Assembly (NCBI RefSeq): GCF_030684315.1
Contig: NC_081354.1
Coordinates: 105,582,426-105,646,425 of the forward strand
Length of the DNA: 64,000 nucleotides
Direction: 5' to 3'
Source: Stegostoma tigrinum
Taxonomy: Eukaryota
Positions 25,413 to 37,800 of the stretch are shown piece by piece. The notes beneath the pieces were generated by a model. That model saw nothing but the letters and a program-made list of their open reading frames with translations. It was not told the DNA's origin and did not search any database. The translations under genes were made by a program, and so were the position numbers. Each line of letters starts with the position of its first letter. Position 1 is the stretch's first letter.

Positions 25413-25996
25413 CATTCTGCCCAAGCTGGCTTGGATTTCCTCCCACAGTCCAAAGTAAGGAGATGAATCCTGTTTTTGACCTACTCTTGTTGTCACAATA
25501 TTTATCACTAGTCCGGTTAAGTTTCTGGTCAATGCACGTTAGTTGCAGAGGATTCAGCAAGGATACTATCATGGCAAGATAGTTAGATTCTTATTGGAAA
25601 TGGTCATTTACTGTCTCTTATGTGGCACAAATATTGTTCAGATCTCATTACATATTGACACAGGCATGTTCAATATGTAAGGAATCATGAATCATTCTGA
25701 ACACTGTGTATTGATCAGAAAACACTTCCAATTCTGATCTTATGGTAGACGAAAGTCATTGCTGAAGCAGTTGAAGATGGTTGGGCAGAGGACACTACCC
25801 TGAGAAACTCCTGCATAGATGTTCTGTAGTTCAGATTATTGGCCTCAAACATTCACAAAGGTTTTCTTTGTACTACGCATTAATCCAACCAGTGGAGTGA
25901 TACTCTCATTGACTCACTGCCTTTCTTGGTCAGAAGCTGCCTTAATGTCATCACTTTGTTGATTATAAAGAGTAAACTGACTGGAATGTGAATTGA

Positions 25997-26905
25997 AGAT
26001 AACAAAGTGTGGGGCTGGATGAACACAGCAGGCCAAGCAGTATCTTAGGAGCACAAAAGCTGATATGTTGGGCCTAGACCCTTCATCAGAAAAGGGGGAT
26101 GTGGAGACGATTCTGAAATAAATAGGGAGACAGGGGGAGGTGGACTGAAGATAGATAGAGGAGAAGATAGATGGAGAGGAGGGTATGGGTGGGGAGGTAG
26201 GGAGGGGATAGGTCAGTCCAGGGAGGACGGACAGGTCAAGGGGGCGGGATGAGGTTAGTAGGTAGGAAATGGAGGTGCGGCTTGAGGTGGGTGGAGGGGA
26301 TAGGTGAGAGGAAGAACAGGTTAGGCAGGCGGGGACGAGCTGGGCTGGTTTTGGGATGCAGTGGGGGAAGGGGAGATTTTGAAGCTTGTGAAATCCACAG
26401 TGATACCATTGTGCTGCAGGGTTCCCAAGCGGAATATGAGTTGCTGTTCCTGCAACCTACGGGTGGCATCATTATGGCACTGCAGGGGGCTCAGGATGGA
26501 CCTGTCGTGTAACGAATGGGAGGGGGAGTTAAAATGGTTTGTGACTGGGAGGTGCAGTTGTTTATTGCGAACCGAGCAGAGGTGTTCTGCAAAGCAGTCC
26601 CCAAGCTTCTGCTTGGTTTCCCCAATGTAGAGGAAGCCACACCGTGTACAGAGGATGCAGTATACCACGTTGGTGGATGTGCAGATGAACATCTGCTTAA
26701 TATGAAAAGTCATCTTGGAGCCTGGGATGGGGGTGAGAGAGGAGGTGTGGGGGCAAGTGTAGCACTTCCTGCGGTTGCAGGGGAAAGTGCCGGGTGTGGT
26801 GGGGTTGGAGGGGAGTGTGGAGTGGACAAGGGAGTCACGGAGAGAGTGTTCTCTCCGGAAAGCAGACAAGGGTGGGGTTGGAAAAATGTCTTTGGTGGTG
26901 GGTCG
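25997..26905 (-). mobile_element. Penelope-like element (family A) 3' fragment with GIY-YIG
   Basis: ORF 26321-26869: C..RKCYTC...TSTNVVYCILCTRCGFLYIGETKQKL.D.FAEH...HFN...EQQLIFRLGTL..G; same terminal repeat as the short elements. Confidence 0.88.
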
Positions 26906-27149
26906 TGCATTGGCTGGATTGGATTTGTGCTGCTTTTTATAGACAGGATATACTCAGGCAATTTTTGCACATTGTCATACATAAATGCTAATGTTGAAGT
27001 TTTACAGAAACAGATTGGTAAGTGTTATAGAGCATATTTCTTCAGTACTCCAGTTAGAATATTGTCAGATCCCATAGCCTTTGCAGTGTCCAGTGCCTTT
27101 ACACATTTTTTGAGATCACATGGAGTGATAAGAATTGGATGATGACCAG

Positions 27150-27370
27150 AACAAACACAGGGAATGCTGGTTAAACTCAGGAAATCTGGTAGCATCTGCT
27201 GAGAGAGAAACAAAGCGAAGGCTTTGAGTCTGGTACAACTCTTAGTCATATTGGACTTGAAATGTTTCCTCTGTTTTTCACTGTACAGCTGCTGCCAGAC
27301 CTGCTGAACTTCTTCAGCAATTTTCGTGTTTGTTTCAGATTTCCAGTATCTGCAGATTTTGCTTTTATTC
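27150..27370. mobile_element. Short palindromic element (Penelope-derived-like, family E)
   Basis: aaactcaggaaatctggtagcatctg is imperfectly inverted as cagctgctgccagacctgctgaactt. Related to 61640-61770 and 43030-43240. Confidence 0.55.
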
Positions 27371-27843
27371 TAGGTGAAACCTGGCATTTGTGATGATTGT
27401 TATTTTATGAAGGAGTCAAGAAGGATCAATCACTTGGCATTTCCACCTAAAAATCATTGCAAATAATTTGGCCTGGTCTTTTCCCTTCTGTTTTGGGTTC
27501 CACTAATGAGGATGGGGTTATTTGTGACCTCTCCTAGTCAGTTGTTTAATTATCCATTATGCTCATTAAATCATGCTATGACATTCAATGATTATCTATA
27601 ATGCTCATGATTGAATGTCATAGGACTGCAGAATTTAAATGTGATATGTTGGTTTGGAATCACTTTGCTGTATGCATTACATGCTTCTCTTCCTGTTTGG
27701 CATATGTGATCATGTTCTGGCTTCACAAGTCTGACACCTCATTTTTTGGGATTCTGGTGCTTCCTCTGGCTTGCTATCCTACACTCCTCATTGAAGTAGG
27801 ATTGATTCCCTGGTTTAATGTAATGACAACATGTCATACACAG

Positions 27844-28550
27844 AGATAATGGAACTGCAGATGCTGGAGACTCCAAGATAACAAAGTGTGAAGCTGGATG
27901 AACACAGAAGGTTAAGCAGCATCTCAGGAGCATAAAAGCTGACATTTCGGGCCTAGACCCTTCATCAGAGAGGGGGATGGTGAGTGGGTTCTGAAATAAA
28001 TAGGGAGAGAGGGGGAGGTGGACCGAAGATGGAGAGAAGATAGGTGGAGAGGAGAGTAGAGGTGGGGAGGTAGGGAGGGGATAGGTCAGTCCAGGGAAGA
28101 TGGACACGTCAAGGAGGCGGGATGAGGTTTGTAGGTAGGAAATGGAGGTGTGGCTTGAGGTGGGAGGAGAGGATGGGTGAGAGGAAGAACAGGTTAGGGA
28201 GGCGGAGACAGGCTAGGCTGGTTTTGGGATGCAGTGGGGGAAGGGGAGATTTTGAAGCTTGTGAAGTACACATTGATACCATTGGGCTGCAGGGTTCCCA
28301 AGCGGAATATGAGTTGCTGTTCCTGCAACCTATGGGTGGCATCATTGTGGCACTGCAGGAGGCCCATGATGGACATGTCGTCTAAGGAATGGGAGGGGGG
28401 GGGGAGTTAAAATGGTTTGCAGTTATTTATTGTGAACCGAGCGGAGGTGTTCTGCAAAGAGGTCCCCAAGCCTCTGCTTGGTTTCCCCAATGTAGAGGGA
28501 GCCACACCGGGTACAGTGGATACAGTATACCACATTGGCAGATGTGCAGG
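27844..28550 (-). mobile_element. Penelope-like element (family A) 3' fragment with 12-bp TSD and hammerhead motif at 27938-27970
   Basis: TSD tgtcatacacag at 27832-27843 and 28551-28562; GIY-YIG C-terminal remnant; CTGATGAAGGGTCTAGGCCCGAAATGTCAG on the minus strand. Confidence 0.85.
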
Positions 28551-28836
28551 TGTCATACACAGTGGGTCATGAGATTATGGATAGTGGACTGACAACACCT
28601 AGTTTTCAGCAACCAGAACAATTCTGAATCTATCCCAATGAGCACAGCGATAATGCTCCATAGCACAATAGATGGCATTCTCAATGTGTCGATGAAATTT
28701 TGTCTTTCACTGTTACTGTCATGAACAAATAATCTTCAATAGGCAGATTGACAAAGCTGACACCAAGTAAGATTTTCCCTCATGTGCAATCTCTCACCAG
28801 CTGCCACAGGCCCACGGTGGCTGATATGTCATAGAT

Positions 28837-29930
28837 TCACAGTTGTACAGCTTGGAAACAGACCCTTTGGTTCAACCGATCCATGCTGACTTTATATCCT
28901 AAATTAATCTCGTCCCATTTGCCAGTATTTGGCGCATATCCCTCTAAATCCTTTCTATTCATGGATCCATCCAGATGCCTTTTGAATGCTGTTATTGCAC
29001 CAGCCTCCACGACTTCCTCTGGCAGCTCATTCCATAAATGCACCACACTGTAAGTCAAAGTTGACACTTAGGTACTTTTTAAATCTTTCTCCTCTTACCT
29101 TAAACCTGTGTCCACTAGTTGCGGACTTCCTGACCCTGGAAAAAAGACCTATCATAATTTTATTAACCTCTAAAAGGCCACTCCGCTTCCTCCAACTCTC
29201 CAGAAAAATGGCTGCAGCTTATTCAGTCTCTCCCTATAGCTCAAACCCTCCAATCCTGGCAACATCTTTTCTGCATGCGTTCAAGTTTAACAACATCTTT
29301 CCTACAGGAGGGAGACCAAAATTGACACAATATTCCATAAGTGACCCAACCAATATGCTGATGAAGGATCTAGGCCCGAAACGTCAGCTTTTGTGCTCCT
29401 AAGATGCTGCTTGGCCTGCTGTGTTCATCCAGCTCCGCACTTCGTTATCTCGGATTCTCCAACATTTACTTAATTGAAGCATATAAAATAATCAGAGGGT
29501 TAGATAGAGTGGATATGGAGAGCCTTTTTCCTAGGATGATGACAGCGAGTACGAGGGGGCATAGCTTTAAATTGAGGGGTGAAAGATAGAGGACAGATGT
29601 CAGAGGTAGTTTCTTTACTCGGAGAGTAGTAAGGGAATGGAATGCTTTGCCTGCAACGGCAGTAGATTCGCCAACTTTAGGTACATTTAAGTCGTCATTG
29701 GACAAGCATATGGACGTACATGGAATAGTGTAGGTTAGATGGGCTTGAGATTGGTTTGACAGGTCGGCACAACATCGAGGGCTGAAGGGCCTGTACTGTG
29801 CTGAAATGTTCTATGTGCAATTCCCATTATCTCTAACCAATATCTGGTACAGCTGCAACATGGTATCCCAACTCCCATACTCGCCAATAAAGTACTGAAT
29901 GCTTTCTTCACTACGCCCACCTTCAAGGAA
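28837..29930 (-). mobile_element. Old CR1 3' fragment containing a Penelope-derived element (29357-29834) that itself contains a young CR1 tail (29468-29815, +)
   Basis: TSD aaccaatat at 29348-29356 and 29835-29843. Plus-strand ctgatgaaggatctaggcccgaaacgtcagc starts the insert. The inner LINE matches the reverse complement of 11037-11385. Confidence 0.82.
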
Positions 29931-30479
29931 CTCCTTCAGGACTTAGTCAGTAGTTGTGACACTGAGCCACTATTAGTAATAGGCAATGAAGTTCCCAGCC
30001 AATGCTTCTTCCAAATGGTTTCAAGATGGAGGAAAGCACTTAGGAAGGGTGGGAAGTGACCTCAGCAGGATGTTTCCTTGCTCAATACATGAGCAACGAT
30101 GGGGTCTTCCCAACCAGATGAATGCCAGTCCTGTGACCTCTATCTCACAGTCCCAATGATAAGATAGACCTAGGGATAGTGACGTATGGGACAATGCTTG
30201 TGAGTGGAACTATGTCAGGGCATTGCTTCACTAATCTATGCAAATTTGCATTCACCTTTTCCAAAAACTCTGAGAGGTTAGAAAGGAGGACTTTGCAGGG
30301 TCAGCTGGGTAAGATGTTCTCTTTTAATTTCTGGCATCTAGGTCAACGCTCAGTGGTTTTCTTTTTGCTTAATTGTCTATCATGGTCTGATGGAACTATG
30401 TGGCTTTGGCCATTTGAGAGAGCATTTAAGGGTCAAACACAACACGTGCTCCTTCAGTCAGATGTAGGGTAAACCAGGT

Positions 30480-30860
30480 TAAAACAGTTTGAACTATATT
30501 CACTGAAGCTTGGGAGAATAAGGGGAATCTGATAGAAATGTGTCAAATGCTCACAGGACTAGGCAGGAAGGACGTTCCTGATGACCGGAGAGTCCAGAAC
30601 CAGGAATCACAGTCTAAGGACATGGGATAGGCCATTTAGGTCTGAGATGAGGGACCAGTGAGCCTGAGGAATTCTCTGCCACAGAAGGTGGCTGAGGAAA
30701 AAACACAGGATGTTTTCAAGAAGGAGCTAGATATATTCTCAGGGCTAAAGTGTTCAAAGGCTATGGGGAGAAAGGGATCAATTGGGTACTGTTGAATAAT
30801 CAGCCATGATCATATTTGAAAGGCACAGGAGACTTGAAGGGCTGAATAGCTCTCCTACTT
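30480..30860 (+). mobile_element. CR1-like LINE 3' fragment
   Basis: gagaataaggggaatctgatagaaa...ggaattctctgccacagaagg...aagggctgaatagctctcctact tail. Confidence 0.7.
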
Positions 30861-31735
30861 CATAAAACTGCATCACTGAACTGGTTGGGTTGCCACAAAA
30901 ATCTGATAATTTTGGGGTAACTATTACTAACCAGCTCTGAATTCCAGATTTACTAACTCATTTAAATTTCACTTTTTGCCATGTGCTCCATTTGGTCAAA
31001 CTTTTACATTTTTAGTCTAGTAAAATTATCACAACACATTTCCTCAGTATAGTATCTAGAACCATTTACAGTATTACAGTTCAGGTCTGTATAGGGCTTA
31101 GCACAGCTGAAACACAATTTCTTTAACCTGCTACGGAATGCAGACATTGCTGGCAGGGCGGCATTAATTGCCTAACACTAATGTGGTTTGATGTGCCACA
31201 TCAAATGGCAGTTAAGTCAACCATTACTGTGGGTCTGGGGTCATATTGTGGCTAGACTGCGTAAGGATAACAGAGTTTCTTCCCCTAAAGGACATTTGTG
31301 AGTCTGACAGATTTTTACAATAACGATACTCTCACAATCCCCATCACTGAGACAGGTGTCAACTTCAGATTTATTAAGTGAATTTATATTCCAGCAGCTT
31401 CAACTTGAATTCACATTGACCAGTTCTGACATTATCACCAACATCTCCATCTCTGCCACTTGTATTCTAGTCATCTGGTACAAAGGCATCACTTCATCAA
31501 GCCTTTTGATTTTATTCTATACCTGTTCTGACATTATAATCATCAGTATACTATGCTTCTAGGTCACTTTTGACGGCCACTACTTCTAGCCTCGTGCCAT
31601 TTAGAAACGTTTTTCTTTCTTTTTTAGGTCCAAGGCTGATGTCACATTTAGAAAATAGCTGTAAAGTATTTAAATTAATAAAAGGTGTAAAAATTACATT
31701 CAGCAAACCTATTTATTTAACTATTCCTTGTCCAG

Positions 31736-32260
31736 GTTTCTCTATGGTCTTTGATGGTCACCCTGATACTCCTCTTCATTCTCACCGGCACCTTACTGGG
31801 ACCTGATCTCCTTGCTGCTATCCCGGCCTCCGTGTACATTGTAGCTCTGCTGATGCCGTTGGCTGGCTATGTTGCCGGTTATGGTTTGGGTACTCTCTTC
31901 AATTTGCCTGCTAACTGTAAAAGGACCGTTTCTTTGGGGACTGGATGTCAAAATGTCCAACTCTGCACAGCCATCCTGAAATTAGCTTTCCCTCCCCAGG
32001 TTATTGGCGGCATCTACATGTTGCCGCTGCTCTACGCGTTATTCCAAGTGACAGAAGCTGGCGTTTTTGTTTTGGCATATAAAATTCACAGAAGGAACAT
32101 AGCACCCATGGAAAAACCAGCAGACTTAGATGCTGACACAGACATTTCGTACAAAAAGCTCAAAGAGGAAGAAGTTACTGATTCATCTTATGGAGCCGTT
32201 AGTGAGACTAGACAACACGCTGTTATAACGGAACCTCCTACGAGCGAGACACAAATGTGA
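31736..32260 (+). CDS. SLC10A4: SLC10A4 exon 3 to stop codon
   Basis: Acceptor ccttgtccag|GTT; VSLWSL..TL..LFILTGT.LGP.LLA.IP...NCKRTVSL.TG.QNVQLCTAILKLAFPP...DTDISYKKLKEEE; TGA at 32258-32260. Spliced CDS 1233 nt. Confidence 0.95.
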   Translation, partial: VSLWSLMVTLILLFILTGTLLGPDLLAAIPASVYIVALLMPLAGYVAGYGLGTLFNLPANCKRTVSLGTGCQNVQLCTAILKLAFPPQVIGGIYMLPLLYALFQVTEAGVFVLAYKIHRRNIAPMEKPADLDADTDISYKKLKEEEVTDSSYGAVSETRQHAVITEPPTSETQM

Positions 32261-32812
32261 AAATGGACTGCAATGAAATAAAAATAGCAATGAGCTACTG
32301 CTCTTCGGCTGCAGTCCGCCAATCCCCTCAATTGATCGTTATCCCCGGCATTTTCACGTGCTCTGTGCAATCCTGCTTTCCTGTTTGGGGAAAATGAGAA
32401 TGAACTACTTTGATTTTTGCATTTAATCAGAGTAGTTTGAGTACAAATTATTTTGTAATTGTTCGGCGCTAGGTGTAAATTGCTGAGAAATGACACTCCA
32501 GGACAACCACGTATCCGAATACTTTAACTGGTAAATTCAAACCTGTTAGTTAAGAACTTTAAAGAAGAAACGTGAACAGTATTCATTTACTATACTTCTA
32601 AATTAGCAGAGACTCGTAAAGTAATTTGCATTTTCTCTATAGAATAATTGGAGCCATAAGTTATAATGTTTCTTTCAGGGCAGTGTTTGTTCTAATTGCC
32701 ATGTTTTGTTCGCTCATTGCTAATAAAGGTCCCCCGAAAGCTGTGAGTGGAGCTTGTTAAATTGATTTAATAGATTCAGCCAGTGGGATTTTTTTAAACT
32801 GACTGGGTGGAC

Positions 32813-32824
32813 TATATAAATAAA
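32813..32824 (+). promoter_or_regulatory. ZAR1 TATA box (overlaps an AATAAA)
   Basis: TATATAAA at 32813-32820, 35 nt upstream of the ATG at 32855. Confidence 0.6.
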
Positions 32825-32854
32825 GCCACGGGGATCTGGCCTTGGCCTAACATT

Positions 32855-33592
32855 ATGGCTACGTTAGGTGAAGATGCGTTTGACTATATTTACTCACCGT
32901 ATAATCCCTACTCTTACCAATATTTGAGCAGCCGACCGAAAGCTTCGAGTTGGAGACCGAGGAGTTACTTGAACAACTATGGTGACCCTGGGGAATATTT
33001 TGATAACTATCAGAGGGCGCAGCTCAAAGCAATATTATCCCAGGTGAACCCAAACCTAACACCACGGGTGAGAAAAGCCAACACCAAAGACGTTGGAGTC
33101 CAGGTTAACCCCAAAACTGATGCGTCTGTGCAGTGTTCGCTGGGCCCCAGGACCCTGATGATGACGACCATGAGGCAGAGGCGGCGGGCTCCTCCGAATC
33201 AAGTGCAGGGTAGCCCGGCCAGTATGCCCAGGAATGTGCGGTTCCGGAGGACTATGGCCATCTACTCCCCGATTGTATCCCCCAACCTCAACAGCTTCGT
33301 ATACAGGGGAGAGCAGCGGGAGGCTGGCAAACAGGGCCCCCAGGAGGCACCCGCGAAACCACAGCAGGAAGAGGAAGACAGACCCGAAGGAGTGAAACAA
33401 GAGGACGCCGTCCAGGAGGAATCGGCCCTGGAGCAAGGTTCGAAGCCTGAAGAGAAAGGAGGTGAACCCACCGACGGCCTGGCCCTTCCAGCCGAGGAAC
33501 CGCCTGAAGCTCCAGTAGAAAGTGAGAACGAGCCGGAAGCTGGAAACGCGGTCACTAAAACCAGCAAAAACGAAAAGCGCTTGAGATTTCAG
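32855..33592 (+). CDS. ZAR1: Zygote arrest protein 1, exon 1
   Basis: MATLGE...EYFDNYQRAQLKAILSQVNPNLTPRVRKANTKDVGVQVNPKTDASVQCSLGPRTL...RLRFQ; donor CAG|gtgagg. Confidence 0.95.
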
Positions 33593-33699
33593 GTGAGGTT
33601 CTTTCCCCAGCCCCGGGTTCCAGTCGTTAAACTAGCTGCCAGATCAGGCATCTGCAGGGAAACCATTCACTAGTCGAGTAAAAGACTCTTTTTCATTAC

Positions 33700-33930
33700 T
33701 CAAGACAGGAGCTGCAGATGCTGGAAGATCTGAGATAACAAGGTGTAGAGCTGAATGAACACAGCAGGACAAGCAGCATTTCGGGCGTAGAAAGGCTGAC
33801 GTTTCGGGTCTAGAACCTTCAGGAAGATCGTATTTTCTTTTCTGGAGAAGGGTCTAAGCCCGAAACGTCTTCTGTCCTGCTCCTCTGCTGCTCGGTCTGT
33901 TGTGTTCATCCAGCTCTACACCTTGTCCCT
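33700..33930. mobile_element. Palindromic Penelope-derived element in ZAR1 intron 1
   Basis: acaaggtgtagagctgaatgaacacagcag...gacgtttcggg mirrored by cccgaaacgtc...tgtgttcatccagctctacaccttgt; decayed hammerhead cores on both strands. Confidence 0.78.
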
Positions 33931-34252
33931 TCCATAACTGTTGCATTGCAGTGACTTGGGGCAACTAATTATGAAATCGGAAAAATAAACAGCTTAACTA
34001 TTCCGTGCATCTTACATAGTGCCTTTGGGTAGTAAAATATCATCAATATCCAAACCTGTGGAGATAGTGGGATGTTAAACGACTCCGCCTTCATCCTTTT
34101 GGATGAAGGTGCACACGCTACACTGCAGCCCGTGTCCAAAACCATTGTGGAAAATGTGCAGGTTTAGTATTCAATGGTAGCTACCCCGTTATACTGGCTT
34201 GCAGTTTCCAACCTGGTATTTGAATTGCTGATTGAATCCTCAATCTTTTCAG

Positions 34253-34345
34253 TTTCTGGAGCAGAAATATGGATACTTTCACTGTAAAGAGTGCAACGCC
34301 CGCTGGGAGAGTGCATACGTCTGGTGTGTACAAGGTACTAACAAG
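34253..34345 (+). CDS. ZAR1: ZAR1 exon 2
   Basis: ttttcag|FLEQKYGYFHCKECNARWESAYVWCVQGTNK|gtaag; 93 nt, missed by the ORF track. Confidence 0.96.
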
Positions 34346-34425
34346 GTAAGAGGTTTTTAGCTAATACCTTAATGTAGTCTCTCTTCCCCCTCCCCCTCTA
34401 AATCATAAATCTCCTGGACCGTCAG

Positions 34426-34500
34426 GTCTACTTTAAGCAATTTTGCAGAACCTGCGAGAAAGCCTACAACCCGTACCGTGTCGAGGACATCACCTGCCAA
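34426..34500 (+). CDS. ZAR1: ZAR1 exon 3
   Basis: cag|VYFKQFCRTCEKAYNPYRVEDITCQ|gtaagt; 75 nt. Confidence 0.96.
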
Positions 34501-34580
34501 GTAAGTAACACAGGAAGAGCACAGCCTGTGTAGACGCTTTAATGAAAAGTGTCCCAGACTTGTTTTTTCCTGCCCATCAG

Positions 34581-34724
34581 ACCTGCAAACAGACAAGATG
34601 CACATGTCCTGTCAAAATGCGCCATGTTGACCCGAAGAGGCCTCACCGCCAGGATCTGTGTGGGAGGTGCAAAGGCAAACGGCTCTCCTGTGACAGCACT
34701 TTCAGCTTCAAATACATCATTTGA
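34581..34724 (+). CDS. ZAR1: ZAR1 exon 4 to stop codon (3CxxC zinc finger end)
   Basis: catcag|TCKQTRCTCPVKMRHVDPKRPHRQDLCGRCKGKRLSCDSTFSFKYII*. Confidence 0.96.
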   Translation, partial: TCKQTRCTCPVKMRHVDPKRPHRQDLCGRCKGKRLSCDSTFSFKYII

Positions 34725-34830
34725 TTTGGATGGTAGCGTTAACTCCTGCGAGGACTTAAGTTAATGGAACGCAAAATACTTTGTTTTTGTCCTTTTTGGT
34801 TTATTGAAACGATCGAACAGCGCTTAAGTA

Positions 34831-34836
34831 AATAAA
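34831..34836 (+). terminator. Likely ZAR1 polyadenylation signal
   Basis: AATAAA about 107 nt after the stop, preceded by a U-rich tract. Confidence 0.6.
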
Positions 34837-37800
34837 GTGTATAAAAAGCATATTCGTTTCCCTTGCCTTGACTCAAAATCGCATATTTACTTGTGGTTGA
34901 AATATTTTAAAAATGTCCCTCCCTACAACCCTGTCTTAAATACTACACAAACACTGTGGTTTGTGACTGAAGTTTGATCTCTGGAAACATCCCTCTAGAA
35001 TTTAGACCAGTAGTAAACAAACCCTATAGGCTCTCCTTCCATAGCAAACTGGTGTTCAGCTGCGAGTCAAGTTCTTTCATGACTGCAAAGGTGTAAAAGA
35101 TCACCCATTTAGATTAAATGAAACGTTAATGCAGTCTTCAGTCAAAAAAGCTTCCATAGTTTCTAACACTAGCTAAATTTCTGTAGCTATTTGCTAAACA
35201 TGGAACTTCCCACTCTGTCCATTAAAAAGCTAATGTACTGTCATGCAATACAAGTGATCTGAGCTAGTTTTTCTGATTTCAAACTAAATTGTTAACTTAG
35301 GCTAGTACTTGACAATATCATAAAGCACTGACAACACAGCTCCAGCAGGCATGCAATGTTGGTAACTTTAAAAACCTTAGCTTTCAATATTTCTATTTCC
35401 TTGCTTTTGACCAATACTACTTCTGTATGTTACTTTACCTACACTGTCCCAACTTTCCTTACACACCCCCCCCCCCCCCCCCCAAGCCTGAGTAGACTTA
35501 GCGCTAGCAGCTTTTTCAATTTGGCATTGAAATGGGTCACATAGAAATGCTTGAATATAAGCAGAACATGAGTCAATCAGGTTCCTTTGCAAACTTTTTT
35601 CTTAATATGGTAAGTGTCAACTTTAGCAGGGAATATAGTTAGAATTGATTCTTTGTTTTAAAAATAAAAATCATGCAATGGGTTGAGTTGCCCTAATTAT
35701 TTTAACTGAGATCAATTTGTGGTGTAGAAACACTTGATCGAAATATCCATAGCTAGAGACAGCAAAGACCGCAGTACTTTTCTAGATGAGCATATACTAC
35801 GTATCACATTCTTTACCATAGCTAATATTAATTCTTTTTATGCCCATGCACTTTTGTCAAGGTGGATTTTTAATTCTTCCGTACAACAGAAGACTGACAA
35901 AATGTGTACTACAGTTGACTTGTCAACTTTAGTACAGGAATCAGGGAAGGTTCCCAGGAGTTATGTGGATAACTCACTTCTCCAACAGCTTATGAAGCAC
36001 GAAACACAATTGTTTCATGATTACATGTAGGGTGAATTTAAATGTAGACAAAAACAAAACAGTTTAAAATCCATGCACAGAAGGGAATACATTACAGAAA
36101 GGACAAAAACAACTTCATTGGAATAATGGGAAGCATGATTAGGAATGGAAAAAAGATGTCATGTACATTATAGTCAACAAAATGGAGGTAAATGTAACAG
36201 CTGTTGAACTAGCTGTTCATGTTTGGATAATGAGTAATTATCTCCAAGAGGAGATCACAGTAAAAGGGAACTGTAGTACAGTTGCTCACTACTTTAGCTA
36301 AAGCTTGGCAAATGCCCCTTTGATTATAAACAACATACTTGGATAAACCTGTTAAGACAATGTTACCATTTTTCACCAGCATGTCCACTAAATATTTAAA
36401 CAGCCAAAATACCAAACTGCCAACAAAATAATTTATCATTGAAGAATGATTACAGTGATTTGTTAATTTGCTATGACTGGTTACAGAGCCTTAAATTATT
36501 GTTAACTACTGTTTGCAGTCTGATAGCATGCACAGTGCCTTAAACTCATACAATTCATCATAATTATTCCTGGTCTATAATGCACTTTTTTTCAAAAGGC
36601 AGATGCTATTAATTAAACAGTACATTCTATGCTCTATGGTATAGAGCCCAATAAGAATCACAGTGGATAGGACAGATGCATATTATAAGCAGAGGCAGGT
36701 ACACCGTCAGTGGGTGATTTTTACATTCAGTTTCTTTCCCCACAGAAAGCCACTGCTGCAAACAGAATCACAATTATGAAAGCTGGAGATTTCAGTCTTT
36801 CTGAGTATGTTGAAGGTTGCAGACTCATCCTTGACTTTCTTTCCCAATAACGAAGGAAAAATGGTCCCGAAGTTCAAACGAGTAGACAGAACAGTATCTG
36901 CTTTTCAGAATTATCTGTAAATTCACAGACTAGAGAGACAGCAGATAGAGACTCGTTACCAGTACTTAGTTTTTTTTCTTTTGCATTAGTTTTATACACC
37001 TATTCTCACAACAGTGCAATGCACAAATGTACAAGAAAAACAATACTGATTTTACACTATACAGGTCTAAAATATTTACAGAGTAAAATAAGTTAGGTGA
37101 GTTCTCCTAAAATTGCTAGGATGAAGCACTTTTTATTTCTGCTGCTGTTCAGTTTTGAGTACCTACAGGAATATTTTTGGTTAGATACCACTGGTATTTA
37201 TAATGATCACTGATCAGAGAGTATCTAACGTACACTGAACAGTAGGCAAAAATAACAGATGTATAATTAGTTTACATTACTGAGTGAAACTCAGTTAAAT
37301 TTACCTGTCAAGTATCCTAACTTTTATATAAGATTCTCTACAGCATACTATGGATCATATTAATTCTAATACAAAATAAATTTCCTCAAATTTTTTTTCA
37401 GGCATGCTTTGAGACCTTATGAACTATTAACATTTTTATACTCTAAAGCCTGCAGTCAGTTTGTCCTAAATCAAGTCTAACAAATAATATTTTTACCATA
37501 TGGAAAGTGGCATTAAATAGTTTATGTAAGAGTTTGTCCATAGAAACTAAGAAAAAAAAGCTGAAATATTCTTGTTGCCTTGAAGCCTTGCAGGTTATTC
37601 AGCCTAAAGCCACTTCCCAGATGAGTTTAGCATCATTCCACCTGCTACAGAGAGCCTCAGTGTCACTACTATACATTATTACAAGGGAGCTGGGTTGTCC
37701 TCAGAAAATGAAGGATAACATTTTTCTTCATTCCATGCCCTTTACCAGAAAATGGTTACACAGTCAATCCTAAACACTTTGTGCACATGGAGTGATTTGC

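Noticed and set aside
32807-32854. ZAR1 ORF start at GTG 32807 as given by the ORF track
   Set aside because: It spans the TATA box. The ATG at 32855 gives the ZAR1-like N-terminus MATLG.
35466-35483. Poly-C run
   Set aside because: Simple homopolymer with no further structure.
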